Positions 28,598 to 42,330 of a DNA stretch of 64,000 nt are shown here, piece by piece. Position 1 is the stretch's first letter, and the number at the start of each line of letters is the position of its first letter. The translations under genes and the position numbers were made by a program. The notes under the pieces are model-generated. The model saw only the letters and a program-made list of their open reading frames with translations, had not been told where the DNA came from and ran no database searches. The stretch is from Octopus vulgaris (lineage: Eukaryota). The stretch spans positions 44,330,001 to 44,394,000 of the forward strand of contig OX597828.1 in the NCBI GenBank assembly GCA_951406725.2, given 5' to 3'.

Positions 28598-28975
28598 TAT
28601 TCTACCACCTTTCCGCCATTTTCCATCTCGTAAATTACAAAGCCTGATGACGGAAACAACCAGACGTATATTTCTCGCAGACTACTATATCAATATTCCA
28701 ATGCACATCTGATCTTTCATAAAGTGAGGCTGGTCTGGGGTTCAAACAGCTTCATCACTGGCTAATATATATATATGTGTGTGTGTCTGTGGAATTGGTA
28801 AAAACAAATAGAAAAGTAGATGACAAAAATGGCAGATCATTACTTTTTCATATTTTCATTGCAATTATTAACAAAGGTGGTATATTCTAGAACGGCGGAC
28901 CTACTGTGGATGCCTGATGTACCAAACTGTAATATATTATATGTAAATGTTTTATATGTTTGTGTGAATAATGAC

Positions 28976-29083
<108 letters not shown>

Positions 29084-29260
29084 GTATACATATGTATATA
29101 TATATATATGTACATATATATGCATGTCTAACGCTGTACAAATACATATATATATATATGTATATATACATATATAAGTATATGTATACGCATACATATA
29201 TATATATACATATACATATATATATGAGTATATGTATATATATATATAAGCATATTAACG

Positions 29261-29310
<50 letters not shown>

Positions 29311-29410
29311 ATATATATATGTGCGTGTGTGTATACATATACATATACAAGCATACGTATATACGTATATACGTATGTTTTGCTTATGCATACATACGTG
29401 TCTATATGTG

Positions 29411-29475
<65 letters not shown>

Positions 29476-29831
29476 GTGTGTGTGTGTGTGTGTATGTGTG
29501 TATGTATATATACAGAGAGAGAGACACACACACACACACATACACACACATATATATAATACTATATATATACATGAGCACATACATCCATACAGACATG
29601 CAGCCATAGTGATTAATATACGTTTGTGACGGAGATAACCAGGCCAACGAAGAATTGAGTGAAAAGAGTAGAGTGAATGGCTGGCCTGTTTATATATTAT
29701 GGATGATATTCATATAAACGTCCACAAACAGAAGATCAGACCCATACACATACATAAACACTCCCACATCTTTGCATAAACAAGCGTTCATTCGCCTCTA
29801 CACATACACAACCGTGAAACAGACTCACATC

Positions 29832-29862
<31 letters not shown>

Positions 29863-30028
29863 GCACAATCACACACAAATACACACAAGCACACACAAAT
29901 ACACACACACACACACACGCACCTACAGAAATATACGTACACTAAATAAGCCTATTCTGGTTCTAAGTCTCTGCAGAAATGTCATCACTGTATAGCGCTG
30001 AACATATATATATATATATATATATGTG

Positions 30029-30104
<76 letters not shown>

Positions 30105-30878
30105 GAATATACACACTTCTACGTATGGCTATATCTATACATGAACATACACATATAGACACATCAGACATATATGTATGGAATATACGAGATGGGTTTT
30201 CGTTTTTCTTTTGGTTATCATCTACAGAATATCGGCATTATCTTTTATAGAGTCAATCTAGATTAGTCAAATATTTGGCGCCTCAAATGAAAAGCGCGCA
30301 AACGATACTTTGCCAGCAAATCGTATCTGTCATTAATATCACATAAACATCAGATGCCGTTTGTAAGGCACAGTATGACGTTAATAAATTTATCCAACCG
30401 ATTAATATCTCTTCTGAGAATTCTTTAGTATCATTTCTTTAGTTATTCGTGTAGACACAAAATTCGAGGAGTTGATTGGATGTTTTGAGGGATATCTTTC
30501 ATTTATGTGGATGCTTTATTTTTTTTTGGGTTTATTTCTTTAGTTTTTTGTTTGTTTGTTTGTTTTTGCCTTTTTTTTTTTTGTTTTGTTTTTACACAGC
30601 TATCTCTACGTGATGTAGCAATTTTCCGTGATCCAACTGCAAAGATGAATGCATCTGCTTGACGTGTTAGAAGTGTCGGCTAAAACTCTCTCCAGCCACA
30701 TCCTAACATTTTTTAGAAGAAGGATATCTTGGATAAAATAGTTTGAAGGGCAACAGAAGTAGTGGTGGGGGGTCTGTCAAAACTGAAACACCTTTGATTG
30801 AAAGTTTGTTTGATTACGAATAAGCGGGAATTAAACAACAACGGTTATACGTTTTGGTTGACTGGGTTTCATTATAAA

Positions 30879-31042
30879 AGGCGCAGGAGTGGCTGTGTGG
30901 TAAGTAGCTTGCTAACCAACCACATGGCTCCGGGTTCAGTCCCACTGCGTGGCATCTTGGGTAAGTGTCTTCTGCTATAGCCCCGGGCCGACCAATGCCT
31001 TGTGAGTGGATTTGGTAGACGGAAACTGAAAGAAGCCTGTCG

Positions 31043-31101
<59 letters not shown>

Positions 31102-31296
31102 TTGTCCCCCTAGCATTGCTTGACAACCGATGCTGGTGTGTTTACGTCCCCGTCACTTAGCGGTTCGGCAAAAGAGACCGATAGAATAAGTACGGGGCTT
31201 ACAAAGAATAAGTCCCGGGGTCGATTTGCTCGACTAAAGGCGGTGCTCCAGCATGGCCGCAGTCAAATGACTGAAACAAGTAAAAGAGTAAAGAGC
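30879..31296 (+). mobile_element. SINE family A, best full-length copy
   Basis: tRNA-like head (tggctgtgtggt A-box-like, ggttcagtccc B-box-like), internal (TA)n(TG)n, tail ggcggtgctccagcatggccgcag...tgactgaaac and (gtaaaaga)n end. Further partial copies at 3138-3270, 40905-41095, 57436-57620 and 58920-59048. Confidence 0.92.
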
Positions 31297-31508
31297 ATAG
31301 AGCGTGACTGGCTTGAGTTATAACCAAAATGGCCTTATGACCAGTGGAGAAAACATCGACAGCTTGGAATAATTTGAGCTTGAAACATTTCTTTAAGCAT
31401 ACAACTTAAATTATTTTACTAAATAGTATAAGATGTTACATATAAATTATACCCAACTCACAAGTATCTTGACTTTTCAATTTGCTGAATTTCTCGATAA
31501 ACAAGCAG

Positions 31509-31576
<68 letters not shown>

Positions 31577-31590
31577 CATGTATATGGATA

Positions 31591-31637
<47 letters not shown>

Positions 31638-31640
31638 ACT

Positions 31641-31769
31641 TCAGGGGTGCTGAAAAACTCTTGGCTTTAAACGTGTGAAAGGCCTGCTTCAAAGCCCAAC
31701 CATCGCAGTTCTTTTACAGAGCTTAGAAAAACTGAAGGACTGCTGCAATATGTGTGTAAAACTAAGAGA

Positions 31770-31772
<3 letters not shown>
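31641..31772 (+). mobile_element. mariner-derived non-autonomous fragment
   Basis: TIR-like ggggtgctgaaaaactcttggcttt followed by LEKLKDCCNMCVKLREY, resembling a mariner C-terminus. Confidence 0.6.
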
Positions 31773-31817
<45 letters not shown>

Positions 31818-31818
<1 letters not shown>

Positions 31819-31985
31819 CATCATCATCATCATTGTTTAGCGTCCGCTTTCCATGCTAACATGGTTTGGACGGTTCAACTGGGGTCTGGGAAGCCAGAAG
31901 GCTGCACCAGGCCCAGTCTGATCTGGCAATGTTTCTACGGCTGGATGCCTTTCCTAACGCCAACCACTCCGTGAGTGTAGTGGCT
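31818..31985 (-). mobile_element. 3' part of an RTE-tail-like SINE ending in (GAT)n
   Basis: Minus strand ggttggcgttaggaaaggcatccagccgtagaaac...catggaaagcggacgctaaac-(aatgatgatgat). Confidence 0.6.
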
Positions 31986-31989
31986 GCAG

Positions 31990-32090
<101 letters not shown>

Positions 32091-32302
32091 TATGAGAGGT
32101 AGTCGTGTCAAGAAGACCCAAAGATGTTAGGTAATGCTGAGTAAGTGCTATGGATAGACTATAGTTAAGCTCCAGGTTCGGTGATTATGCGAATGAGAAG
32201 TCCAACGTAGGTCATATATGAGCATGCGTATATATAAAGAATTAACAGAATGAGATAAATAGCTAAGGCTGTGAAAGATTTCAGAACATTTACAAAGAGA
32301 AG

Positions 32303-32350
32303 ATCTTACAGCTGTTTCCGGGATATTTTATATATCCCTTCATCTGAGAC
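32303..32350 (-). ncRNA. Minimal hammerhead-like motif (U4A core variant)
   Basis: Reverse complement gtct-CAGATGA-a-gggatat-ataaa-atatccc-g-GAAA-cagctg-TA-agat. Stem III is the palindrome ACAGCTGT. Confidence 0.6.
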
Positions 32351-32427
32351 GCTGTGAGAAAATGGTTAAGCACTAGTTATTCTAGAGAGGATATGAAATA
32401 GAAAGAGAAGTCGAGGAATGAAAACAC

Positions 32428-32516
32428 ACGTGAGATATGCAGGGATATTGTATCTTCAGATCCATTATTTAAGCAATAATGGATCTGCAGATACAATATC
32501 CCTGCATATCTCACGT
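32428..32516. repeat. Fold-back hairpin, 42-bp arms, one mismatch
   Basis: acgtgagatatgcagggatattgtatcttcagatccattatt-taagc-aataatggatctgcagatacaatatccctgcatatctcacgt. Confidence 0.92.
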
Positions 32517-32836
32517 CTGTTTATATATATATATCCCTGAATATCTATACGTCTGTTTATATATATATATGTATGTATGTATGTATGTATATAATTGCCT
32601 CTCGTAGTAAAAGGTGTAAAAACAACAAATCTCCGCAATGCTGACCGCTATCGTATTCCCAGACGCAGCATTTCTGGCTCTTGACTCTCTTCGATAGAGA
32701 ATAATGAGGGGAAGTAATTCTGCGCAGATTTAAAGCCGTAGCTTTAGCCAAAAAAAATAATAAGCAACATTGACTGATTTGCGCTGTCAGACCGCCCGTT
32801 CGCGATACAATGAGCAGTATCAGCGCCTCACAGTGT

Positions 32837-33288
32837 TTAGGCATAAGCAAAGTTAATTAAAATTTTTAAAGTTAAAATTAAAGGTAAATTCACTGCAGTT
32901 ACCGCGGAGAGGAAAAAAAAAGATTCTCTCTTATGGTAAAAGGTGTTAAAACACTGTATTTGTCCTGTGCTTCTCCCTACCGGTTTCTCAGACGCAATGC
33001 TTCTGGCTCTTTAGCCTTTCTCAATGGGAAATACTGAAGTGAAGTAGCTCTGGGGCAGATTTAAATGCTTAGCTAAAACCCAGTAAACAACATTAACTGA
33101 GCAGTGCTAACACACCGCCCGGTCGGAATAAAATCTTCAGTATTAGTGCCAAGCAGATATGGTGTTTTTACTCCTTTTTGCCATCAGAAAGAATCTTTTC
33201 TCCGCGGTAGCTGCAGTGAATTCGCTTTTAAAACTTGAAATATGTCACAAATACATTTAAACTAATCTAAATATTGCTTATGCCTAAT
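32837..33288. mobile_element. MITE or foldback-like element with ~120-bp imperfect TIRs, preceded by a diverged copy of its core
   Basis: ttaggcataagcaa...aattcactgcagttaccgcggaga...aagattct versus agaatcttttctccgcggtagctgcagtgaatt...ttgcttatgcctaa. The core at 32937-33155 resembles 32608-32830. Confidence 0.7.
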
Positions 33289-33824
33289 AACTACTTAGAT
33301 GTCATCTTTAAAAATGGTGACATCTAAGACAACATTGCTTGAGACAAAGAAAAAAGATGGGATGGTCATGACTGGAACGCTTTTCGTTGAGAAGGAGGGG
33401 GTAGGTGGTTTGGTGATTTAGGGTTCAATGCGGCAGAGGATAAACACCACCAGTAACTACCCAATGTCTGTGTACACAGCATGGTAAAGAATCTGGCAGA
33501 GATATGATGAAGGATCCAGAACAATAGCTGTCTCTTGTCTTATAACGGCGTTCACCTGGGACGGATTAAGCCGACTCCTACTGAGTTAGTTCACCTGAGT
33601 TTCAATGGATGATCAGAGTCCGCTGAAACAGTTCCGGTCTGTATCTGTAAGCCACCATACACGACCGGTAGCAGGTCATCCTCGTGTTACGCCTTCTCGC
33701 TGCCAGATACCCGTAGACGTGATCCAGCGCCACCAGGAAGCTGCCAGATTCCGGAACAGACGACGCCTGAAATTCACCATTGCTCTCCAGTTAACTGGGT
33801 TGTGGCCCTAACACTTCCGGTATC

Positions 33825-33930
33825 AGACCTGACCGCCTTGGGTGGTCCTACCAGGGACTCGAAGTCCCCATACGGTATAGCGCTAACACTAACTCGAATA
33901 ACCTTCTCACCAAGATGAGTTCAAGGGTTG
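33825..33930 (-). mobile_element. Possible RTE-like LINE 5' UTR remnant
   Basis: gacctgaccgccttgggtggtcctaccagggactcgaagtccccatacggtatagc resembles, from recall, the reverse strand of RTE-clade 5' UTRs. No ORF confirms it. Confidence 0.35.
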
Positions 33931-34129
33931 GACTTTGAGGAATAGCTGTGTGAATTATACGATACCAGCCACACGACATAGTTCTGTCCTATCAGGGTTG
34001 AGTCGTGGTTAAGTAATAACTACATCAACTACAACACTAACAGTAATAGTAGCAAGGAACAACGGGGAGTCCTTTTAGTATCGAAAAGACCTGCGGATAG
34101 AAATTACGCGAGAAAACATTTATAGATAA

Positions 34130-34517
34130 CTAGCAGTATCGCCCGGCGTTTCTCGGGTTTGTAAGGGAAATAACTATATAAGCATTTTTAGAGATGCAAA
34201 GTATAATAGCCATCTCAATATGGCTAACCACAAAGTTACTATAGCTTTTTACGTTCTGAGATTTAATAATACATTTTTTGAGAGTTACTTCCCTTATATA
34301 TGCCAAAAATGCATTAAAAATGGGAAAAATTGATGGTAAATTATTTTAAAAATCGTAGACTCATCGTAGATGCGCGCTAATACCCAGAAGGGCTCGATAT
34401 GAATCACGACTATAGGATACCCGGTTTTGGTTAAACTGCACCGCAAAATGTGGGAGTAGTTATGAATCTAAATCGTAGGAGACAGACAGCACACAACCTC
34501 ACTTTTATATATAAGGA
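34130..34517 (-). mobile_element. Non-autonomous Helitron (388 bp)
   Basis: The minus strand starts a|TCcttatatataaaagtg and ends cccgagaaacgccggg-cgatactg-CTAG|t: 5' TC, 3' GC-rich hairpin plus CTAG, AT target and no TSD. Confidence 0.82.
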
Positions 34518-34927
34518 TTGGTTTAGAAATCGCGCTGACAAGAAGCCTTACATCTTTATAGCTGGGTCAGAGAATCCCTGATAACAGAGACTAGGCAAGA
34601 TAACATATATACACGCTGGGTAAGAGAATCGTCTCTTATTATTATTATTTTATGTGTAACTCGTAACCCCATCAACCGGGAAAGAGATAGCGGGCTACAA
34701 ACTTGCAGAAAATATATGAAATGAAGCATTTGTTTGTTTTTTTTTTGGGGGGGGGGCTCTCAGCCGTTCCTAGATTCGAACCAGCATCTCACTTTCAAGA
34801 TATCGCTACATCATTCGCTCAGTACATCAATTATATTCCGTTACATTACACACAGATAAAAGACGAAATTTATCAAAAAATGTAAATAATAATAATAATA
34901 ATAACAATAATAATGATGATGATGACG

Positions 34928-35009
<82 letters not shown>

Positions 35010-35863
35010 TGATGATGATGATGATGATGATGATAATGGTGATGATGGTGATGATGATAATAATAATAAAATATATGCGGTAACAACATCACAAGATTGT
35101 CGACATACATCAGTATTTTTACCAACCTCTGTTTCTTAATAGCTGTTTACAGCAGCAACAACAGCAACAACAACAACAAACAGCCAGCTAATAGAACAAC
35201 AACTATAACGGCCATAACTACGACGACGACAACAACAACAACAGCATCAACAACACCAGCAGCAGCAGCACAATCAGTATCAATCAATAGCAGTTGTTAA
35301 AATGATTATGATAGTAGTTTGAAGTGTTGTTGAAAGTCTCATGGTTAATAAACTCTTGTAAACATTCGTAATATCATCCAAAATGGCGAAATCATTAAAT
35401 CAATAAACCAAAACATATTCAAATAAATACACAAACAAACAAGCAAATAAATAAATAAAAACAAACAAACAATCAAACAAATTGACAAATGGAAAATAAT
35501 TTACACGTTTCCTTCTTCTTTTCTTTGTTGTTGTTGGTTTTTGGTAATTTTTCTCTTAGAATTTTTGGAATGAAAGGAAGAAAGTGAAGTCTCAAGAACA
35601 TTATTGAAAGCAACTAAAAAAAAAAAAAAAAAAGGAAGAAAAATAAGAGAAAAATAGTAATTGGCATAAAGAAAAAAAAAGAAAGTAAATTTTGAAAAGG
35701 GGCAACTAAGAAGTAATAATGGTCATTTAAGTGAAATGCTTATTGAAACGAAATTTTGGTTGAATTTATTCTACGATTCTATATTATTCGACGGCAACAT
35801 TAGCGAGAAAAATAATATTTCATATACATACATGTACATATATATACATATATACATACATAT

Positions 35864-36004
<141 letters not shown>

Positions 36005-37130
36005 GTATGTGTATGTGTATATAGCTATGGATATGTGAACAAATGTACTTGAATATAAAAGAAAAAGAATGAACATTTGATGGAAGAAGACGAACATTAA
36101 AAAATAAATCAAAGAAATATTGCATTTTAATAAACTTATAAAAGAATAGCAGAATAGGAGAAAAGAAATGAAGACGAATAAGTGAAACAGAAACATAAAA
36201 ACAAAATATTAGACATTAACACACATAAACGCACAAATGTAATAACAGACACACACACACACTTATACATGCATAAATATATATATATATATATATAAAT
36301 ATAACTACATACATATATAGACACATGCAATGCATATGCATACACACACACTGGCAAACAAAATGGACATCAAATACATCAGTGAATGCGCCGTGCTTAA
36401 GGATGGAACTTGCGATTCGAATGAAACTGATTTAACGACCAAAGAATTTTGGTTTCTTTACCAATGAGCATTGAGAAAATATTTGAATAAACTAAAATTT
36501 CAAAACACAAAAAAATAAAATAAAATAAAATATGACAACACTGTGGAATAAAGGTAACAAAAATAAATTGATACAAAAAACAAAAAACAACAAAAAAACA
36601 AAAAAGAAAACTCAACTGCAGACTTTCGTTATTATAGTCATGCCTTCATTATGAAGTTATTTTAACAAAATAATTTGTTTTACGCTTTTTAAAATATTCA
36701 AAGTACAGAACCTCGAAGTAATAGGTGGGTAGGCAGAGGCAGGTGTAAGGATAGAGTTAAAACCGGTGTGTGAATTGGGAGTGAGGTAGTGTCTGAGGGT
36801 GTGGCAAGTGTCGTTGTTGTTGTTGTTATATTTTAGCTAGTAGTGGCAGGGTTGGTGCTGTTGATGGTGATAATGGTGAAATTGTTGTCGCTGTTGTTGT
36901 TGTTGTTCTTAACTTCGGTTGTAGTGATGTAGGTTTGTGGTTATGGTCATGGTGTTGATTGCGATGGCATTGTTGTTGCAGTTGTTGTTTTAACAGTTGC
37001 TGTTGATGATGAAGATGAAGATGGTGACGGTGTTGTTGATGATGGGGGAGATGGGGATTGTCATGAGAATGTTCTTATTATTGTTGTCAAAGACAAGGAA
37101 GAAAGATGGTGGTCGTAGTAGTGATGGCGA

Positions 37131-37164
<34 letters not shown>

Positions 37165-37541
37165 CCTAATGCTATAATGTTGTTGATGTCATTGTGAAAA
37201 ATTGGTGGTGCAGAAAAGGGATGAGGGTGGGACAGGGGTGAGTTACGGGCGGTGGAAAATGGCGTAAAAATTTAACTAGACTAAAGAAAATTGAGAATTC
37301 AGAGAAATAAAATGAATAAAAAAATTAATAAATTTAGAAAGAAAGAAAGAAAGAAAGAAGAAAGGAGAACAGAAGGCAGTGAAATTATAGACATCTGCTT
37401 CAACCAGAAATTTTATTTTTGTGGAAATTAAATATAAAAGAATGATTCTTATGATGATGATGATGATGATGGTGTCGACAACAGTAGTATTAACAATAAT
37501 AAAAACTGAGGCAGAGACAATAATAACTATGACGACAGCAG

Positions 37542-37609
<68 letters not shown>

Positions 37610-37786
37610 GTGTTAAATTGTTTTATTTTTACCATGAGAGAGTAATGGGATTTTGTTTTGGTTTTCGTTTGATTTATATTTTTTGTTTCTGTTTTTTTAA
37701 CTACTTGAAATACTTTGAAACTCTTTAAAACTTGAAAGTGATAACATAATAATAACAACAACAACAATAACAATAATAATAATAAT

Positions 37787-37868
<82 letters not shown>

Positions 37869-38242
37869 GAAAGAAGAAGAAAAAGAAGAACTACAACAGC
37901 AAGAGCAATGATGATGATGATGATAATGATGATTTTAAAATATACAAATTTTTGAAGGAAAATTAAGAAGAATAAGTGAAAAACTAAACATAGCAGGTGT
38001 GTTTGAAAGGCACTGAATTGACAACGAAAACAATGATTTAAGATGAGGCTTGTAGCGATAGTCATACATTAACATGTATGATATGTATATATATATGCAT
38101 GTATGTATGTATGTATATATATATATATACAATTGCAGCGTGGCACATGTATATATGTGTGTATGTATGTATATGTCTATCTGTATGTATATACCCATAT
38201 GTGTATGTGTGTGTGTATACATAAACATACACATACATACAT

Positions 38243-38294
<52 letters not shown>

Positions 38295-38483
38295 TCATAT
38301 ATTGCGTTTCTGCTCGTGCTTTACGTGTGTGTATGTGAACGCATGAACGAATGTATATTGATATCGAGGTAAATGATTTTGTGCGCTCTTTAGTGACGTA
38401 TGTGAAGATGTATGTTAATTGTTTGAAAGAAGCTTACAATAATAATAATTGTAATAATAACAACAACAACAACAACAACAATG

Positions 38484-38543
<60 letters not shown>

Positions 38544-38610
38544 GCAACAACAACATCAACAATAATCAATTCTAACGAAATAATAACGCCGTTACCATTA
38601 TTATTATTAT

Positions 38611-39804
38611 TCAGTAGTTTTATTTTTATAGCGTGCTTTCACTTCACTACCGAGCGCAGCTCTGTGTGCCTTAGGTATGTGCTGTGATTTGTTGTGATGC
38701 TCTGATGGTTATTGTATGGAAAGTGTTCTGCGTAGGATGTGTGCAGTGCCTAGTAGTGCAATTTTCTGTATGTTATATGTGTTTGTAAGTCCTGGTGTTT
38801 TTGTTATGTATTTGTCTGAATATTTTTTTATCATGCCTAATGCACCTACTATGATAGGAATTGTTTCTGTTTTTAGATTCCACATTCTGGTTACCTCTAT
38901 TTCCAGGTCTTTGTATTTTGAGAGTTTCTCCATTTCTTTTAGAGACACGTTGTCATCTGCCGGTATTGATACATCAATTAGAAAGCATTTTTTTTCTTCA
39001 TGATCTCTGACAACTATATCTGGTCTGTTGGCCTTAATTTCTCTATCTGTGTGTATCGGCATATCCCAGAGTATGGTTGCTTTCTTGTTTTCTGTGACCT
39101 TTTCTGGTGTGTGCGTATATCATCTTTTTTCTGTGGTTATTCCATAATGTTGGCATAGCTTCCAATGTATGTAGGTTCCAACTCTGTCATGTCTGTGAAT
39201 ATATTCCTTCTTAGCCAGGACTGGGCAGCTAGAGATAATATGATTTATTGTTTCTTGTCCATCTCCACATATTCTGCAGTTACTTGTAATATTTCTTTTC
39301 ATTATATGTTTTTGGTAATTTCGGGGGGGGGGTTTAGTCTTGTGCTGCAATTAAAAATCCCTCTGTTTCTGCTTTGAGTCCTGAGCTTCTCAACCATTGC
39401 TGGGATTTTTCTTTGTCTATTTCTTTTGCGTTCAGTTTAGTGCAGTATTTACCATGAAGGGGCTTTTCTTGCCATCGTTTTATCATGGCTCGTTGCTGTT
39501 CTATTTTTAGTTTGGATTTCATTTGTTTTATAGCTTTTGTTGTTTCTTCTTCTTCTTCTTCTTCTTCTTCATATTTATTAGGTGGTATGATTTCTTGTTT
39601 GTATTTGTCAGCTTCTTTAAATACTGAGAACAGTTTTTTGTTTTGCTCGTGTTTTGCCGCTATTTGTATCAGTTTTCCTTCCTTCTGAAGTAGATATTTT
39701 TGCAGTCTTATGGTGGTTATTTTATAGTAGTTTTCCAGTTGTATAAGGCCTCTACCACCTTTTACACGTTGTATATATTCAACGTGTAAATCTTTCTATG
39801 TCAG

Positions 39805-39807
<3 letters not shown>
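38611..39807 (-). mobile_element. R4/Dong-like RLE retrotransposon, 3' 1.2 kb, in (TAA)n
   Basis: Encodes KGGRGL...KPLHG...LKAETEGFLIAAQD, CCHC knuckle CRICGDGQETINHIISSC, RHD, and RLE NRPD...LID...EKLSKY. Contains a frameshift at a poly-G (about 39323) and one stop. (TAA)n on both sides. Confidence 0.95.
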
Positions 39808-39885
<78 letters not shown>

Positions 39886-40099
39886 CATTATTGCTTTTAT
39901 CATCATCATCATCATCATCATCATTATTATAATTATTATTATTATTATTATTATTGTAAGGACAACTGCGTCAAATATGTGACTATTATTGTAGATAGTT
40001 GATTCAGTATATTGTAATAACATTCATAACTTGTACACACTAAACACTTCGGAGAGGCTGCTCAACGCACAAAGGTACATTGCACATGCCTATATATTC

Positions 40100-40147
<48 letters not shown>

Positions 40148-40409
40148 GCATATCTCTATGTGTGTACATACACAGACATATATAGATATATTTTCGCGCG
40201 CGCACGAAAACACAGTCTCACACGCGAACACATGCACAAACTCACGCACATGAGCACGAGCCAACGTTTGCATTGCAGACATCCTGTCATATTCAGAGAC
40301 AAATACACAAACATCCTTGCATAAACATCGAAATTATATACGAGGAACTACAAACATTAACATGTTTGTGTGGGTATATATATATATATATATATATGTG
40401 TGTATATAT

Positions 40410-40531
40410 ATCACCGTGATCACCGTGACCGACCAGGCTATCAGATGTTGCTACATATCGCTGGTCACAATGCGCTTCGCATTGTTTTAGCCTTCAAACG
40501 ACGCCACCCCGCTGGCTAGGCGAGCAGACCA
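40410..40531 (-). mobile_element. Isolated tail type 1 of SINE family B
   Basis: Near-identical to 9446-9560 (gatcaccgtgaccgaccagg.tatcagatgttgctaca). Confidence 0.8.
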
Positions 40532-40539
40532 GTGTATGT

Positions 40540-40571
<32 letters not shown>

Positions 40572-40579
40572 TATATATA

Positions 40580-40853
40580 GTGGAAGCACATTGATAGTGG
40601 ACTCGCGGTCGAGAGATCGCTCGGAGGTTCGAATCTCAGACCAGGCAATATGTGTGTTTATGAGCGAAACACCTAAGCTCCACGCGGCTCTGGCAGAAGG
40701 TAATGGCGAACGTCTGCTGACTCTTTCGCCACAACTTTCTCTCACTCTTTCCTCCTGCATCTTGCAGCTCACCTGCGACGGACCGGCGTCCCGTCCAGGT
40801 GGGGAACCTATACGCCCTATGAGCCAAGCATGGCTCGAGAAGGAACAAACAAC
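40580..40853 (+). mobile_element. SINE family B (tail type 3)
   Basis: Family B head and core (gagcgaaacacctaagctccacg...cacaactttctctcactctt) followed by gaccggcgtcccgtccaggtgggga...tatgagccaagcatggctcgagaaggaac. Confidence 0.8.
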
Positions 40854-41110
40854 ATATATATATATATATATACACACACACATATATATATGTATATATA
40901 TATATATACACACGACTGCTTCTTTCAGTTTATATCTACCAAATACACTCACATGGCTTTGGTCGGCCTAAGGCTATAGTAGAAGACAATACCCCAGTGC
41001 CACATGGTTTCGAATTCAGTAACTCAACGTGGACTGAAACCGGAACCATGTGGTTGGTAAGCAATCTATTTACCACACAGCCACTCCTGCGCCTTTATAT
41101 ATATATATAT

Positions 41111-41186
<76 letters not shown>

Positions 41187-41490
41187 AAATAAAACTTTAC
41201 ATATATAAATATAAATAACGTGAAATACACGAATGGACGAACATAAAAAACAGACGGGTCATTCAAAGCCTTCAGTCTTCAGTCAGAAACCGATTCATCA
41301 TTGCAAATTTCGGCTGTTTAATTCTAAGATCTGCTCTGAATCGGCCAGCCCCAGAAGGAAAGAATGCAAACGCAACAGAGACGAACATGAAACGAAAAAC
41401 TTAACAGTAACGGTTAAAAACAAGGATGACACAGGCGCCCTACGGCTTTGAGACAAAATGAGACACAAAAACAATTTATCACCAAGCGTG

Positions 41491-41534
<44 letters not shown>

Positions 41535-41537
<3 letters not shown>

Positions 41538-41622
41538 TCTGAGTTTCACGTTCCCGTTCGTCGGACAGTTTTTGCTTGAAAAAACTGTCCGACGAACGGG
41601 AACGTGAAACTCAGAGTAACAG
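41535..41622 (+). ncRNA. Minimal hammerhead-like motif within a perfect 39-bp-arm hairpin
   Basis: 41585-41622 reads ctgt-CCGACGA-acg-ggaa-cgt-GAAA-ctc-a-gag-TA-acag. 41535-41573 is the reverse complement of 41580-41618. Confidence 0.72.
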
Positions 41623-41631
41623 GTTTTGTTG

Positions 41632-41673
<42 letters not shown>

Positions 41674-41721
41674 TAAACATATATGCTATATGTGTGTGTT
41701 AATAGAACATAATAATGATAG

Positions 41722-42330
41722 TAACGCCGGATGAAATGCTTACCAGCATTTTGCGTTCTGAGTTCAAATTCCGCCGAGATCGACTTTGTCTTTCGTCCTT
41801 TCGGAGTTGATAAATTAAGTACTAGTTGCGTACTGGGATCGATCTGATCGAGTGACCCTCTCTCCAAAAGTTTTAGGCCTTGTGCCTAGAGTAGAAAACA
41901 ATCGTTAGCACGCCGTGTAAAGTTGTTAGCGGCATTTCACCGGTCTTAACGTTCTGAGTTCAAATTCCGCGGAATCGAATTTTGCTTTTCATTCTTTCGG
42001 AGTCAGTAATTTACTGTTAGCCAAGTACTGTGGTCGATGTAATCGACTAACAGTCTCCCCCAAAATTTCAAATCTTAAGCCTAAACTAACAAAGGTTACT
42101 ATTATTATGAAACTGATGCGCTAGCAGAAATAGTAGCTGATCACGCAAAAATTTCGGCGATATTTCTTCCGACTCGTTAAGTTCTGAGCTCAAATACAAT
42201 TATGACAGGTACTTTATGTTATCGAACCTGAAAAATTAAAAGTAAGTTGGCTTCTGCGGAGTTTGAACTCAAAATGTAACGACGCAGAATAAATGATGCA
42301 AAGAGACTTTGCTCGATGCTCTAACTGTTC
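41722..42330. mobile_element. Cluster of SINE family C copies in both orientations
   Basis: Repeated cgttctgagttcaaattccgc at about 41755 and 41950, plus an inverted fragment at about 42205-42330. More copies at 42800-43055 and 54685-54889. Confidence 0.8.

Noticed and set aside
28640-28760. CTGATGA core near a (TA)n boundary
   Set aside because: No convincing stem II-GAAA-stem III-UH partner at a compatible position.
30879-30950. tRNA-like A/B boxes here and at 9680-9748, 17390-17450 and 23086-23170
   Set aside because: Each continues into a repeated SINE body and lacks a complete cloverleaf, so these are SINE heads rather than tRNA genes.
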